From: Octopus vulgaris
Lineage: Eukaryota
Assembly: GCA_951406725.2 (NCBI GenBank)
Contig: OX597815.1
Coordinates: 127,968,001 to 128,032,000, forward strand
Length of the DNA: 64,000 nt
Reading direction: 5' to 3'
Below are positions 38,918-52,674 of the stretch, one piece after another; the first letter of the stretch is position 1, and every line of letters begins with the position of its first letter. The notes under the pieces are model-generated. The model saw only the letters and a program-made list of their open reading frames with translations. It did no database searches and had not been told where the DNA came from. The position numbers were made by a program, and so were the translations under genes.

Positions 38918-40369
38918 TTCATATTTGCTGTACACATAAGAAAGCATATACAGCACAAAGTAATCTCTTCTAAAAATATTTAATGTGTCATGACTGTGTA
39001 TAATAAATTTATTTACGCCTTTGGAAATGACAAAAAAAAACTCTTACAAACTGAAAATTAAAATGCATACAAAAGAATAACTGATGTAATATACTTTCTG
39101 TAAATGAAAAACAGGTTTATAAGTTTATTTTCATTGAAAGAAACACCCTGACTGGCTAGATCATTTAATGATAGTTACCTAAGCAAACCCTACTCCACTA
39201 GGTGCATGTTTATGCTGACAACTTTCCCATCTGATTTTTTTCTAGTGTTGAACATACTGAGCAACATGTAGGAAAGAACATTTATTAACAAACAAATGAG
39301 AAGTGTTCATGTGTACCTCAGGATTTCCAATAGTTTTACAAAATTTTATGGTAGTCATTGTTCTATCAACTCAAGAATGGCTGAGTTTAAAACTATTCTT
39401 ATTAACTCAGGCATGACTGAGTAGTTAAAAAGTTTGCTCCCAGGTTCAATTTCACTATGTGACATCTTAGGCAAGTAATTTTAGCTTACCCTCAGATGAA
39501 CCCAAGTCTTGCAAGTGAAAGTGAAGAGATGGGAACTGTATAGAAACACAAGAGGATGGATTGCACTTGTGATTCGAAGGTCTAGCTTTATCACACTGTC
39601 ATGCTTATTCTATTTGAAAAATATATTAAGAGATATGCTATGGAATACTCAGCCACCTCACTCACTAACTCAATGAGAAGGTTGTTCAGTTGATGGAATA
39701 ACTGGACACACATAGTAAAATTGATGGGAATATCTCCATCATTAAGAACAAAGTAAATTATAGAAGACACCATTATACAGTGCAAAAATTATTAAATTCT
39801 AAATTCAAAAATAAGTTAAGTCTTGCTGTGAAAAAACAATAGAGTATAAGATACATAATGATGAAAAGTGGAGAAAGTGTATGAGGCAACTAATTATAGG
39901 ATTGTAATCAGAAATCATATGGTCACTAATCTGAGTCTTGACAAACTCAGTCCTAGGTTGCAATGTTTTTGATGCTTTTAAGCAAGAATGTTCTCAATAA
40001 AACTAAATGTTTTGAATTGATTAACTCAGATGTGTTTTCCATAATTTCCTCTCAAAAGCTTTTTCTCAAACCTACACAAGTTGCTGATTTTTATTATTAT
40101 TAATGTTTTCTAAAGAATTTATTTCTTGTACAAAAAGTACAAGAATTCAACAACATTGTAACAAAATGACATGGCCTTAATATTTTATACTAGACTTTAG
40201 ACACAGAAGTCCACTGCCAGCAGTATTCAGTATATAATGCTTGAAATTAAATCAACAATAGATTTTAACAGGTTTCAGCATTAAATTTGCCTATTTTGAC
40301 AGGAATAGCTATTATTTCTGAACACCTTATCTTGATGATTTCTCAAAACGAGCATTTCTAGACCTGGGT

Positions 40370-40420
<51 letters not shown>

Positions 40421-41496
40421 CAATTCTCAAATTTATTATTAAAGTCACAGAAAAAGAACTGAGAAAACAGCATTCTCTGATAATCATGATCTGTATTGGT
40501 TGCAGACTTTTCCAAACTTCAGATTGAATCTAAAAATAGGATTTCTGTTACAGTTCAACAGTGCTAAAACCAAAGACTTTGCTATTTGATCTTACAAAAA
40601 AATTATTACTCAGACTCAAAGGTATGAAAAATAGCTGTCTATGCTTGTCTTTGAACTGACACTTCCTGCATCACATTAACAATCTGTCTGACAGCTCAGT
40701 GTTGGACATGCTTAATGTACCTTACTTGAAAAACAATGGTTGGAATTGGGAAGGCATGCTGCCATAGAATATTGCTTTCTTCAAGAAGTCTCATCTAACG
40801 AGTGTGTACTGCATGGGAAAAGTGGACATAAAAATGATGACAAAATTTATGACAAAGGTATGCAAACATACAAATTATGGATACTACTAACTTGAACACA
40901 ATTTACCTGAGTAAAAACATCAGGATCTAATAAATTGAAAACCTTAATGAATATACTTGAATGACCTAGTTATATTCTCTTAGAAATTGTGCAGTATACA
41001 ACTAGCAAATATATTGAACCCACAGAAGCGTAACCTATTGTGCTTCACTGTGAATACCTTCTCATGCATTTAGGTGAAGGCCACTACAATGATGACTAAA
41101 AATGCTTCTATATGAATATATCAATGGATAAACAATTACCTTGTTTAATATATGTGTAATATATAAATATTATTTAAATATCATAGAAATAATCGGTACT
41201 TAATGATATATATATATTAAATTGTATTTGAGTATAAAATAGATTATTTAATTTTATTGTTTTTTTATAATAGTTAGTATTTCATTTGTGTGTTGTATTG
41301 TTATAGTTTGATTAAATTGATTTTAGGTATGTATTATTTTAGAATATTATATAGTATGTGTTGTATATATAGTATGTGTAGCATATAGGTATTAGGTATT
41401 CTTGATTATTATATTTCAATTTGTATTTGCTTGCTTGTTTCTTTATACTAAAAGATACATGCTGAGATTAAACTTCCTTACTCAGTTACTTGATTC

Positions 41497-41718
41497 AAAT
41501 ATACAAACAGCAACACTGATTGGTGAACAGAAGTCAGATACTAAAAGTGTAAGCCTGAAGTACTCAACCATTTTTACTCAAACATTTGACTTGTAAAATC
41601 AGAGGTGACTTCTCACTAAATATACAAACAGCAACACAGATTAGTAAATAGAAGTCAGATACTAAAAGTAAGCCTGAAGTACTCAACCAGTTTTAATCAA
41701 ACATCTGACTTGAAAATC
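41497..41718 (+). repeat. About 120-bp tandem duplication
   Basis: aaatatacaaacagcaacac...gaagtcagatactaaaagt...gcctgaagtactcaacca occurs twice. Confidence 0.85.
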
Positions 41719-42647
41719 ATCAATGCCCCACTAACATAAAGCAGTTTATTTTCTGTTTTCTTCTAGCAACAGTATTATTAATCTTCAATGTAAAGCTCAG
41801 AGGTGACTACTCACTAAATTTTTCACCATACCCCCAGGAAATAGGAGATATTTTGCTTTGGTTTTTTTTTTTTTTTGTAAATCAGTTGTCTAAGTTAACA
41901 CGAAAAAAATAAGACTGACCTCAGTGATGAATTACTGAATTACTTTTAAATTTATTCTGATATTGTTGTACACATACACATATAAACAAACCATTGCACT
42001 TGTTAACAGTAGCTACAGTGTTTATATGTATAATGTGTATGTATGTAACATTTGCCATCTTGCTTTTGAGGCGGGACACCTAACTTACACAATTTCATCC
42101 GAACTTATAGCGGACACATACCTAAAACAGCTGTCTAGATACTACTTTACATAATTCTTTTTTCTTTTTTTTTTCTTTATTCTGTAGACTGTATTTTGTA
42201 CTCCATGTAAATATACATCTCAAGCCTACAGGTGTTATCTACATTTTTACCTATATATTGAATGGGGGCAAAAGACGAGAGCAATGTGGGAGGAAGGAGA
42301 GGTAGACAACAGTTGTAAAGCAGGGCAGAGTTGATGTGTGAATGTAGGAAGTGATGTATCTGGCAGTGGGAGAATAGCCAATGGTGCATAAATTGGAAAA
42401 AGTAGAAGGGTGTAAGAACACAGCAGGAGAAGCCAGAAGGATAGCAATGATGATAGAGTTGATAGGGGAGGACAAGTGATAGATAACATGTGGTTGGTTA
42501 GGCTCAGAGGAAGAGGAGAGAAAGGAAGCTCTAGTGCATGAGGAGAGATAATTTGGAGGTCCATATATTTAGCTATCTACCTATCTATCTATGTCTGTCT
42601 GTCTTCCTACTTGCCTCTCTGTCTGTCTGTCTGTCTATCTATCTATC

Positions 42648-42694
<47 letters not shown>

Positions 42695-42698
<4 letters not shown>

Positions 42699-43743
42699 TG
42701 AGAGGTTTTGGTAACCAGAAGACCCAAAAGGCAGCCAAGGCTATGTACGTGCTATGGATGTACCATTGATAGACTCCTGGTTCAATAATAGTATGAGTGA
42801 GGAGTCTAATGTGGGTCATGTGTGAGTATGTATATGTTAAATAATATGAGACAGCAAAGCCAAGGCAGTGTGAAATTTCTAGGACATTTATAAAGAAAAA
42901 GGTAGTCTTACAGCTTTTTCAGGGATATAAAAGATATCCCATCATTAGAGGCGATATGAGAGAGTTAAATAGAAGGAAATAGTAGAGTTCAATATAAGAA
43001 GTTATTTTGGAAAGGGAGAGATAGAAGAAGTACAAAGAGAAGCATGAGGATAAAAAAGTATATGTTGGATGTTAAAGTTGCTGTTCCATTATCCTAGGAG
43101 TGTGCTGTATAACAAGGCTAGAGAGGATTCTTGTTCACGATATGTAAATTCCGATAGGAGTTCATATTTTATTATTACAGCTGGATAGTTTGCAGATATT
43201 AATTCCATGTGCTGTTCATTCAAAGGGATCTTGATGTGTAACTGAAATTGTGAGAATATACTGGTAAGAGTAAGTAGACTGAGAGAAGAGAATAGATATG
43301 TATGTTAGAAGGAAGAAAATGGTATTGGTCAAAAGGATTAGGGGAGGAAAGAAGAAAGAAAGTGGAAGCAAAAGGGGAAAAAAGGAGTGCTAGATGGTGG
43401 CCAAGATGTTTTGAGGAGGTGGGAGAGGAAAGCTACCAGTAGATAAAAGGAATAGGTGATATAGAAGGAAGAGATAAGAATGTAAGGAAGAAATATGTGT
43501 GAGAAGTGGGCGGGGGGATTAGAGGATATGTTTGAAAAGGCACTAGGGTAGAGAGACAAATAAAGAATTATTACAAAGGTGGGTATTATAAGTGAGTAGT
43601 AAGCCCCCAAAAAGGAAGGGATCAATAAGAAGATATAATGGTCAAGTTTGTAAAAATAGATGTAGGCATTTATATAAAGTCAGAGATTGTTCTAGCAAAA
43701 AGTGATAGCGGGGACTGATGAAAAGGTGAAAGAAAGAAAAATA

Positions 43744-43745
<2 letters not shown>
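42695..43745 (-). mobile_element. PLE terminal repeat (pLTR) copy with a degenerate hammerhead (42906-42951)
   Basis: Reverse complement of 46845-47760; the core is mutated to CTAATGA and GAAAAAGCTGTA. Confidence 0.8.
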
Positions 43746-43785
<40 letters not shown>

Positions 43786-43943
43786 GATATGTACATATAT
43801 ATATATATATATATGCATACATACATAAATGAGTATAAGTACTGTTATATAGGCCGACATACTCACATATGTATACATACGTAAGTATCTATACATATAC
43901 GCATAAAAGTGTGTGTGTGTATGTATATATATATATATATATC

Positions 43944-44002
<59 letters not shown>

Positions 44003-44066
44003 GCAGAATAATGAGATAACAAATCCAAGGCTATGAGTAGTTTTCAGGACATTTATAATTAAATAG

Positions 44067-44112
44067 TCTTACAGCTGTTTCTGAGATGTTATGGATATCC
44101 CTTCATCAGAGA
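44067..44112 (-). ncRNA. Type I minimal hammerhead ribozyme in a pLTR copy (44000-44420)
   Basis: Reverse complement reads TCT CTGATGA A GGGATAT ccata ACATCTC A GAAA CAGCTG TA AGA. Confidence 0.82.
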
Positions 44113-44544
44113 TGGTGTGGGAAAATATTTGAGTTCGAATTATTGGGGAAAAGATAGGGAATATAGAGAGAAATAAGTAAATGAAAGCAGAAATAAGATC
44201 TATAAAGATATTGTAGATGCTGTTCTATTATTTGAGGAAAATGGTGTATAGAAGTGATAAAAATGTTTCCTGTACATGGCATGTAAGATCCAATAGCAGT
44301 TCATATTTATTCATTTCAAAGCATGGAGCTGTGGAATCAGTGTTGATAATTTGAAAGGGTTTTGTGGTGTGAATGAAAATTTGAGAATGTGTTGGTAGTA
44401 TTTAGGGATAGATGGAGAGAGGATATATATATAAATTAGAAAAAACACCTTTTATCAATTCAATAATGAAAAATTAAATTATTCCATCTAGAAAATTACA
44501 TATTATAGAAAGATTAAATATAAGTTTGGAATAATATTCCCTCA

Positions 44545-44624
<80 letters not shown>

Positions 44625-44754
44625 GCATACATGCATACATACATACATACATACATACATGCATACATACATACATATATACATATATACATGCATTTAA
44701 ATATATTATTAAACTATTAAAAAATTAAAAATTAAAGAATCAAGAAAAAGAAAG

Positions 44755-45338
44755 TCAAATAAGATTGTTGAAGGTTACCAAAAGGGTATTAGGTTTATGT
44801 ACTGTGTGGTGATTTAGGTTGCATTTAAATCTGTGGTAAAATTTGAAGGTATGAAAAAAGCAGTAGTTACATGTACCTTGGGCCTCATTATAATTATTTA
44901 GTAGTAGTGAAGAGTTATGTTTTACTAAGTGGAATGCTTCTTTTAAGCATAACTTACAGCCTGACTGTTGACCCTGGTATGGAAGTCCTGAATTTATTGT
45001 GGACCATGCTAAGTTATAGGGAATACCCCTATTTTTAAGGTGATGTATATGACTGGAGAGGTTTGTGGATTTATTGTGTCTCTCATATTTAAATGAATTG
45101 ATATGTGGGGAGTATCTCTGTTTAAAATTTATAGTTGACCCTATATACATGGTTGTAGAGTTGTGTAGCATGCTGAAGGCAGTGCATTTGTAAATTATGT
45201 TAGACTTTCTGTTATGGGTTTGTAGAAGGCAAATGGTTCCAAGGCAGAATTTACATGCTAATGCATTGTGGGGATTATTCTCTGGAATGGAGGAAGTAGT
45301 ACTCTGTAGGGAGAGGTTAGATTGGTCTATGTAATTAA

Positions 45339-45403
<65 letters not shown>

Positions 45404-46730
45404 CTATCGTTATTATTTATCCTATCTGTATTTGTAGTGGCTGTCAGGGTGCTATTATTCTGGTTAGTGTTAGTAGGATTGGTAGGGTTTTCATTATGGT
45501 CTAAAGTATTGGGTTCGATGTTGGAGCTATGAATGTGTTGGGTGTTTGTGTGTTCAGAGTTGTTTCAGTGTATATTTTGATAATAGAGAGAAAGTTTTCA
45601 TCTATTTGAGGCTGTTACAATTGACTTAAAGAATAGAGCATCCACCACATGTTTTTGGTTGCTTAGGGGTAGTCATCATCATCATCGTTATAATCTATAT
45701 TTTTAGAAATTAGAGATGGGTTATAGGGCCCATTATTGTTAGCTGTTTTAGCTTTTGTCCTAGTGTTATACATGTACGCATGAGATCTAAATTGTCTTGA
45801 TCTGTGTTCTACCAGGGTTCTAGTAAAATGCATATATGGTCTGTTATGTTTATGATGGTTAGCATGTCATGGTGATATGTCTTGAGATATATTTTGCTTG
45901 AGCCTAGTATTACAGAAGTATTTTATTTGTTGAGAGAAGCCACTGGCAGTGAGTGCTTGGCTGTAATATGGGCCGTGGTTATTGAATATTTTTTCAGTGG
46001 CTGAGAGGTCAGATATATGAATTAAAATACCCTTAACTATATTATCGAAAGTGGACTTATGGTAATTAGAATTCATGTACACAACAGGTTAGGTTAATAA
46101 TATGGCGAGTATTGGGAGGTCTGTAATCTTAAAATAACATCGTAAAAAAATGGGCGGTTTTAAGGGAATTTTCAAAAGTAATGTATAGGTTGAGGTTAGA
46201 GAAGAATTTGTGTAGATCTTTCCTAAGTCGTTGTAATGAGGATTTATTAACACTCTTGGTGACTAGCAAAGTGTTATCTCTGTATAGACCTCCCTTGATA
46301 TTAGGGAAGTGTGTTCCAAGCTGATGGAGTAAGTATAGTCCAATAAGGTCTGTGACTGGGGCAGAGTCTGATGATCGCATAGTGATGTCAAAGAATTTGC
46401 TATAATTATTGTTAGTGTTATAGTGTTTGGCCCAGCACCAGAATTTGTCTTTGAAAGAAATGAGAGTTTTCCTGGCATTGAGAATTATGTTAATTTCTAG
46501 TAGGGTTAGGCTGGTTAGATTCCTGGCTAGAAGGAGGAACTGATTTAGAAGTTTGGAGGAAATAAATGAATAGTAATTATTTATATTGAATTGTAGGAAT
46601 AAAGATTTTATCCAGAATGCTCTTGCTTATTCTTCTCATGTCAGATATGGTAGGGCATATGGAGTGTATAGATGGTTTTGTTGTGAAGTCCTTATGATCA
46701 ATAAGGTTGAAGTGTGGGCCTATATAACAG
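44755..46730 (-). mobile_element. Decayed Penelope-like element, Naiad-like (RT plus C-terminal GIY-YIG)
   Basis: DHKDF...ISKSILDKI, SDSAPVTDLIGLYLL, GLYRDN (GLYRDD-type), NIIYKC...YIGST..FKQRY..H..SF, CKLCLKE. Confidence 0.85.
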
Positions 46731-46744
46731 TACATATACACATG

Positions 46745-46823
<79 letters not shown>

Positions 46824-46844
46824 ATATGCACGTGTGTGTATATC

Positions 46845-47760
46845 TATATACATATTTTTCTTTTTCTCAACTTTTTGTAACTCCCCACTATCAATTTAGC
46901 TAGTTCAATCTCTGACTTCATATAAATGCCTACATCTATTTTTAGAAACTTGACTGTTATATCTTCTTATTGTTCCCTTCCTTTTTGTGGTTTCCTACCC
47001 ACTTATAATACCCACCTCTGTACCACATTCTTTATCTATCTCCCCACCCTACTGCTTTTTCAAACATATCATCCCATCCCCACTTCTCACACATATTCCT
47101 TCCTTACATTCTTGTCTCTTCTTTCTATCCCCCCTCCTATTATTTTTATCTTCTGGTAGGTCTCCTCTTTCCACCCCTCATAACATCTTGACCACCATCT
47201 AACACACCTTTTTCCTTTTTTCTTCCTCTTTCTTTCTTTCTTTCTTTCTTTCTTCTTTACTCATCCTTTTGACCAATACCATTTTTCTTCCTAACATACT
47301 TATCTATTCTCTTCTCTCAAGCTGCTTACTCTTACCAGTATATTCTCAACATTTCATGTACACAACAAGATCCCTTTGAATGAACAGCACATGGAATTAA
47401 TATCTGCAAACTTTCCATCTGCAATAACAAAATATGAACTCCTATCGGAATTTACACACCATGGACAAGAATCCTCTCTACCTTTTCTATACAGCACATT
47501 CCTTGGATAATGGAACAGCAACTTTAACATCCAACATATACTTTTTTATCCTCATGCTTCTCTTTGTACTTCTTCTATCTCTCCCTTTCCAAAATAACTT
47601 CTTATATTGAATTCTACTATTTCCTTCTATTTAACTCTCTCATAGCACCTCTGATGATGGGATATCTTTTATATTCCTGAAAAAGCTGTAAGACTACCTT
47701 TTTCTTTATAAATGTCCTAGAAATTTCACACTGCCTTGACTTTGCTGTCTCATTTTATTT
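46845..47760 (+). mobile_element. Inverted pLTR copy with hammerhead (47648-47693)
   Basis: CTGATGA (47651-47657), stem II GGGATAT/ATATTCC, GAAA AAGCTG TA AGA. Confidence 0.8.
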
Positions 47761-47855
47761 AGCACACACAGACACACACACACACACTCACACACACACA
47801 CATATATACAGAGAAAGAGCTAATAAAAAAACATATATCAGAAAGAAGCATACTC

Positions 47856-48838
47856 ATGGAACACCTCCGAAACATTCAACTCGGCAATGACACCCCGTTC
47901 TCACACCATTTCCACTCTACCGGTCACTCTTTGCAACACCTGTCTGTGTTCAGATTGTCCCTGTACAGGGACCATCCGAACTCCCGTCTTCACCATGAAC
48001 AGGGATTAATCTTCTCTCTTCACTCCTTTGCACCACATGGGCTCAACTCTCCTCCCCTCTTCATCTAACTCTCCTCCCCTCTTCTCTCTTCCTCTCATAC
48101 CTACTTCCTTCCACCCATCTTTTCTCTCTTGCTCCAACTCCTACTTCTTCTCTTCACTCCTACTCTCCTCTCTTCTCTTCACTCCTACCCACCTTCCCCC
48201 TTCCCCCTCTCCCTTCATCATTACCACTCCCTTATAACCCCACCCCTACACAATCCAGCCCCACCTTCCTTATCCATCCCATCCTATCCACACTCCATCC
48301 CTTACACTCACTCCCACATACCCCACCTCTACTCCCCTCAGCCTAACCCACACCCCACCCTTGCTTTCCCCACTCTTGCTGCCCCCACATCCTAAGACCA
48401 CCACACCACACACCACCATATCATCCAACACCACATCACATCACACCACCATGCACATTAGTAGTGACCACTTCCCAGCACCCACACCATTATCCACACA
48501 CGTACACATGCACACTTCAAGGTCACCAGCCCTCTTCCACACACACATACATGCTCTCTTATACATGCACACGCACCTTCGTTTTGAGATCACCACTACT
48601 TTATCTCCCCTTCTTCCTAGCTCTTCTGTGCGACCCCTCTGTCCAGCATTCACCATGATAGATCACTAGCCACTACACATTCTTTATTTTCTCTTCCTGT
48701 TTCTTTCTGCATTTCTTTCTGTGGAAGAGCGTAGACTCGAAACATTAAAGACTTTTCATTTCCCGAGCATTAAACTAATACATCTGTTTGTCGTCTACAT
48801 CACCTGTCTTTGTCTTTTGTTTTTTTTGCGAATTCTCC

Positions 48839-48845
<7 letters not shown>
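47856..48845 (+). mobile_element. 3' fragment of the Neptune-like PLE family
   Basis: EHLRNIQLGNDTPFSHHFHSTGHSLQHLSV matches ORF 34186-34848; the pLTR matches 33393-33620. Confidence 0.9.
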
Positions 48846-48874
<29 letters not shown>

Positions 48875-48877
<3 letters not shown>

Positions 48878-50885
48878 ATGAGGAGAGATGTGTGAAGAAG
48901 TGCCACTCCCAAACAATTGAAGGAATCCGGGGTAGAGGTAGACCCAGGAAGACATGGGATGAGGTGGCCAAGCATGACCTTCGAACGTTGGGTCTCATAG
49001 AGGCAATGACAGAAGACTGAGATCTCTGGAGATATGCTGTGACTGCGAAGACCTGACAAATAATGTGAGTTCATGGCTGTTTCCTGCACCAGCTTCACAT
49101 AGAAGTCCCAGTCCTTCCAAAATGCCTTGGATCATAGGACGGCCTGCTGTACTTACCTTGGATCATAGTCCGACCTGCTGTGCTTGAGGAGACTTATTGA
49201 GTCAAGTACATCAGCATTAAAAATCAAATGGAAATTGTGGTAGCGATACCTGTGCCGGTGGCAGTAAAATGGGATCTTTTCATTTTCAAGGCCTGATTGT
49301 CAGATTTTTCTAGTCAACTAAATAATTTGAAACTTCATATACTGGTAGAGTGTCTCAAAAGAAAACACTAGTTTCAACTTGTTTATTTGAGAAAAATGTA
49401 TTTTATAACTTTAAACGGAGATTAAATCTGCGAATTTTAACCAATCGTATTGTTTGTTTTCATTTGAAATAATTAACTGCATTATCTTAGTGTGACGTAG
49501 AAAGTTATTTTGTGACGTAGACAGCTGTGCGTAGGTCTGTGTTTTGTGTTTTTATAGAGCATTGATGTACATGTGTGTGTGTGTGTGCTTGATGGGGTGT
49601 GGGAGACAGAAAGTATGTTGTGTAAGTGAAGTACTTCTGTTAGTGTGTGTGAAGAGACAGAGAGAGTAACGTGTGAAAGAGAGAGATAACTGAAATTTTT
49701 TACTCGGTGTATGTGTATATGTATGTATGCATGTATGTGTGTGTGTGTGTATGTATCTATGTATGTGTGTGTGTGTGTGTGTATGTATGTGTATGTATGT
49801 GTGTGTATGTATGTGTGTGTGTATGTATGTATGTATGTATGGCCGATTCAGTGTTTACATTATTTCGAGTTAAAACGAAAGATTACCAAAAAAAATTTTG
49901 TCTATATCTTCGATCACTGTCATTATTCCATTGAGTCAACCTCATTATTTTCTACATAGCAAAGGTAATCTTTCGTTTTAACTTGAAATAATGTAAACAC
50001 TGAATCGGCCATACATACATACACACACACATACATACACGCACATACATACACATACACACACACACATACATAGATACATACACACACACACACATAC
50101 ATGCATACATACATATACACATACACCGAGTAAAAAATTTCAGTTATCACGGAAAGGTCTACTACAAACGAAAGATTGCCAAAGATAAAAAGTTACAGAA
50201 ATAAAAGTTACACGAATAAAGTAAGGAATAAAAATCACAGAAAATATACAAAAATTTACAAAAACTAAGTTAGTTATATAATATATAAGTTAGTTAATAA
50301 TATATTTAAAAAATGTGAATAAAAACGAAAGGAATACGGTAACCAGATGTTTACATTTCACGTATGTTAACTATGTCAGCAAAACAGCCGTTTACGTCTA
50401 TTGAGACGGAGTAAATAATATGAAGCCAAAAGACCGAATACCATTGGTTAAAATTCTAATTATTAAACAACGTTAAACTTAGAAATTACAATTCCGTTTT
50501 CATTCTGGTTTACAATTATGTTTTCTTTTGACACATTCTACCAGCATACGAAGTTTCAAATTGTTTGGTTAAGTAGGAAAAATCTGACAAATCAGGCCTT
50601 GCAAATGAAAAGATCCGTAAAATGCACCATCCGTATGTGGCCAATGCCAGCACAGCCTTGACTGGCTTCCATGCTGGTGGCACGTAAAAAGCACCCACTA
50701 CACTCATGGAGTGGTTGGCGTTAGGAAGGGCATCCAGCTGTAGAAACACTGCCAGATCAGACTGGAGCCTGGTGCAGCCTCCTGGCTTCCCAGACCCCGG
50801 TTGAACTGTCCAACCCATGCTAGCATGGAAAACGGCCGTTAAACAATGATGATGAAGGTGATGATGATGATAATAATGATGATGA
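48875..50885 (+). mobile_element. RTE 3' end interrupted by a Merlin-like MITE
   Basis: GRGRPRKTWDEV... followed by the 3' UTR, which resumes at 50617 and ends in (ATG)n. Confidence 0.8.
49272..50616. mobile_element. Merlin-like non-autonomous DNA transposon
   Basis: About 95-bp TIRs GGATC...GATCC; exact 8-bp TSD GTAAAATG (49264-49271 and 50617-50624). Confidence 0.85.
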
Positions 50886-50899
50886 TGACACACACACAC

Positions 50900-52190
50900 A
50901 AGAGTTATGGAATGGAGTATGGTGAATCCAGGCTACATATGTTTCATAGTGAGTGGAACCTCAGAAGTGGTAAGATCCAAGTATACCACTGACTACTCTG
51001 CAGACCAAGGATATCTTGATTAGATTAAAGTCTACATTGTCACAAGGAGGTACATGTTGACAAAAAGAAGACTCAATCAGAATATGTGGAGGGCACAGTG
51101 TGTGAGGGGTATATAAATGAGGGGAGAAATAATAAAAGAAGGGAAGAAAAAAGATAAAAATAAATAAATAAAATAAAATGAAATATGGGGAATGAGAGAA
51201 AGGAGTAATTGGACAAGTTGGTGGTAGATAATATAATAGTTTTAGGTTAATCACTGAACTCAGTAATGGCATTAGCATTTGAAGAGAAGAGAAATTGGAG
51301 GGGAGAAGATGGGGAAAGATTTTTGGTTGTTGGGGAAAAAGAAAGTATGTATGAATAAAGCAAGGTAAGGTGGGGAGTTTAAGAGTCGATAGTGGTTATG
51401 GTCACAATATTTTAGGTAATAAGTAAAAATACAGATAGAAAATTGTAATTTATTAACCCTCATATATTCTTTCTCCCACTCATCCACCCTCACTACCACA
51501 GCATTTCTCCCCTTTTAAGTCCTTAATGGTCAATTACAATTTTCTATCCTCATTTCTACTAATATTCTTCTCTCCTTATATTTGTACTCTTTCTCCCCTC
51601 CTACCCCTCCACATGTAAATGTACAAATACATAGACCTTCATACACTTTCACCACTTCATTTGTTTATTTTTTTTTTGTACCAATTTATGTCTTTTGACC
51701 ATAAAACCACTAACCACTCCCCACCTTACCTTGCTTTATTCATACATACTTTCTTTTTCCCCCAAGCCCAAAAACAATTTCTCTTCCTTTCAAATGCCAA
51801 TCCCACTATTGAATTCAGTGATTAACCTAAAACTACTATATTATCTACCACCAACCCATCCAATTCTTCCTTTCTCTCACTCCCCTATATTATATATTAT
51901 TTATTTATTTATTTTTCTTTCTCTTCTTTTTTCCCTTCTTCTATTACTTTTTTCTCCTCTCATTTATATACCTCTCACATACTGGTCTCTCCACACATTC
52001 TGATTGAATCATCTCTGTCAACATGTACTTCCTTGTGACAATGTAGCCTTTAATCTAATCAAGATATCCTTGGCCTGAAGAGTAGGTGGTAGTATGCACG
52101 TCACTTGGGTCTTACCACTTCTGAGGTCCCACTCGCTATGAAACATATGTAGCTTGGATTCCCCGTACTCCATTCCATAATTCTTGTATT
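50900..52190. mobile_element. Fold-back element with about 500-bp arms, each ending in a hammerhead
   Basis: 50900-51400 is the reverse complement of about 51690-52190; hammerhead motifs at 50931-51006 (minus) and 52072-52154 (plus). Confidence 0.82.
52072..52154 (+). ncRNA. Type I hammerhead ribozyme with long stem II
   Basis: GGC CTGAAGA GTAG...CTAT GAAA CATATG TA GCT. Confidence 0.75.
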
Positions 52191-52199
52191 CCTTGTATT

Positions 52200-52670
52200 G
52201 CTCTGGTAATGATCATGCTCGGATGGTGCTCTTAGTGCTCCACTAGTATGGATGCCCATCATCGAATTTGATTTCGATTTCACTTGCCTCAACAGATCTT
52301 CACAAGCAGAGTTTAGTGTCCAATGAAGGAAAGGTACGCATAAGTGGGTTGGTTACATCCCTGGCATAGGTCATGAGGTTATGGTCTTACTTGGCTTGCT
52401 GGGTCTTCTCAAGCACAGCATATTTCCAAAGGTCCTGGTCACTAGTCATTGCTTTGGTGAGGCCTAATATTCAAAGGTCATGCTTCACCACCTCATCCCA
52501 GGTCTTCCTGGGTCTACCTCTTCCACAGGTCCCCTCAACCGCTAGGGTGTGGCACTTTTTCACACAGCAATCCTTATCCATTCTCACCACATAACCATAC
52601 CAGCGCAGTCGTCTCTCTTGCACACCACATTTGATACTTCTTAGGTCCCACTTTTCTCTCAAGGTACTGA
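52200..52670 (-). mobile_element. RTE LINE 3' end
   Basis: ORF 52471-52662 ERRLRWYGYV...GRGRPRKTWDEVV. Confidence 0.85.
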
Positions 52671-52674
52671 GAGA

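Noticed and set aside
42056-42141. AAAACAGCTGTCTAG possible hammerhead relic
   Set aside because: Both core boxes are degenerate; at most an old pLTR remnant.
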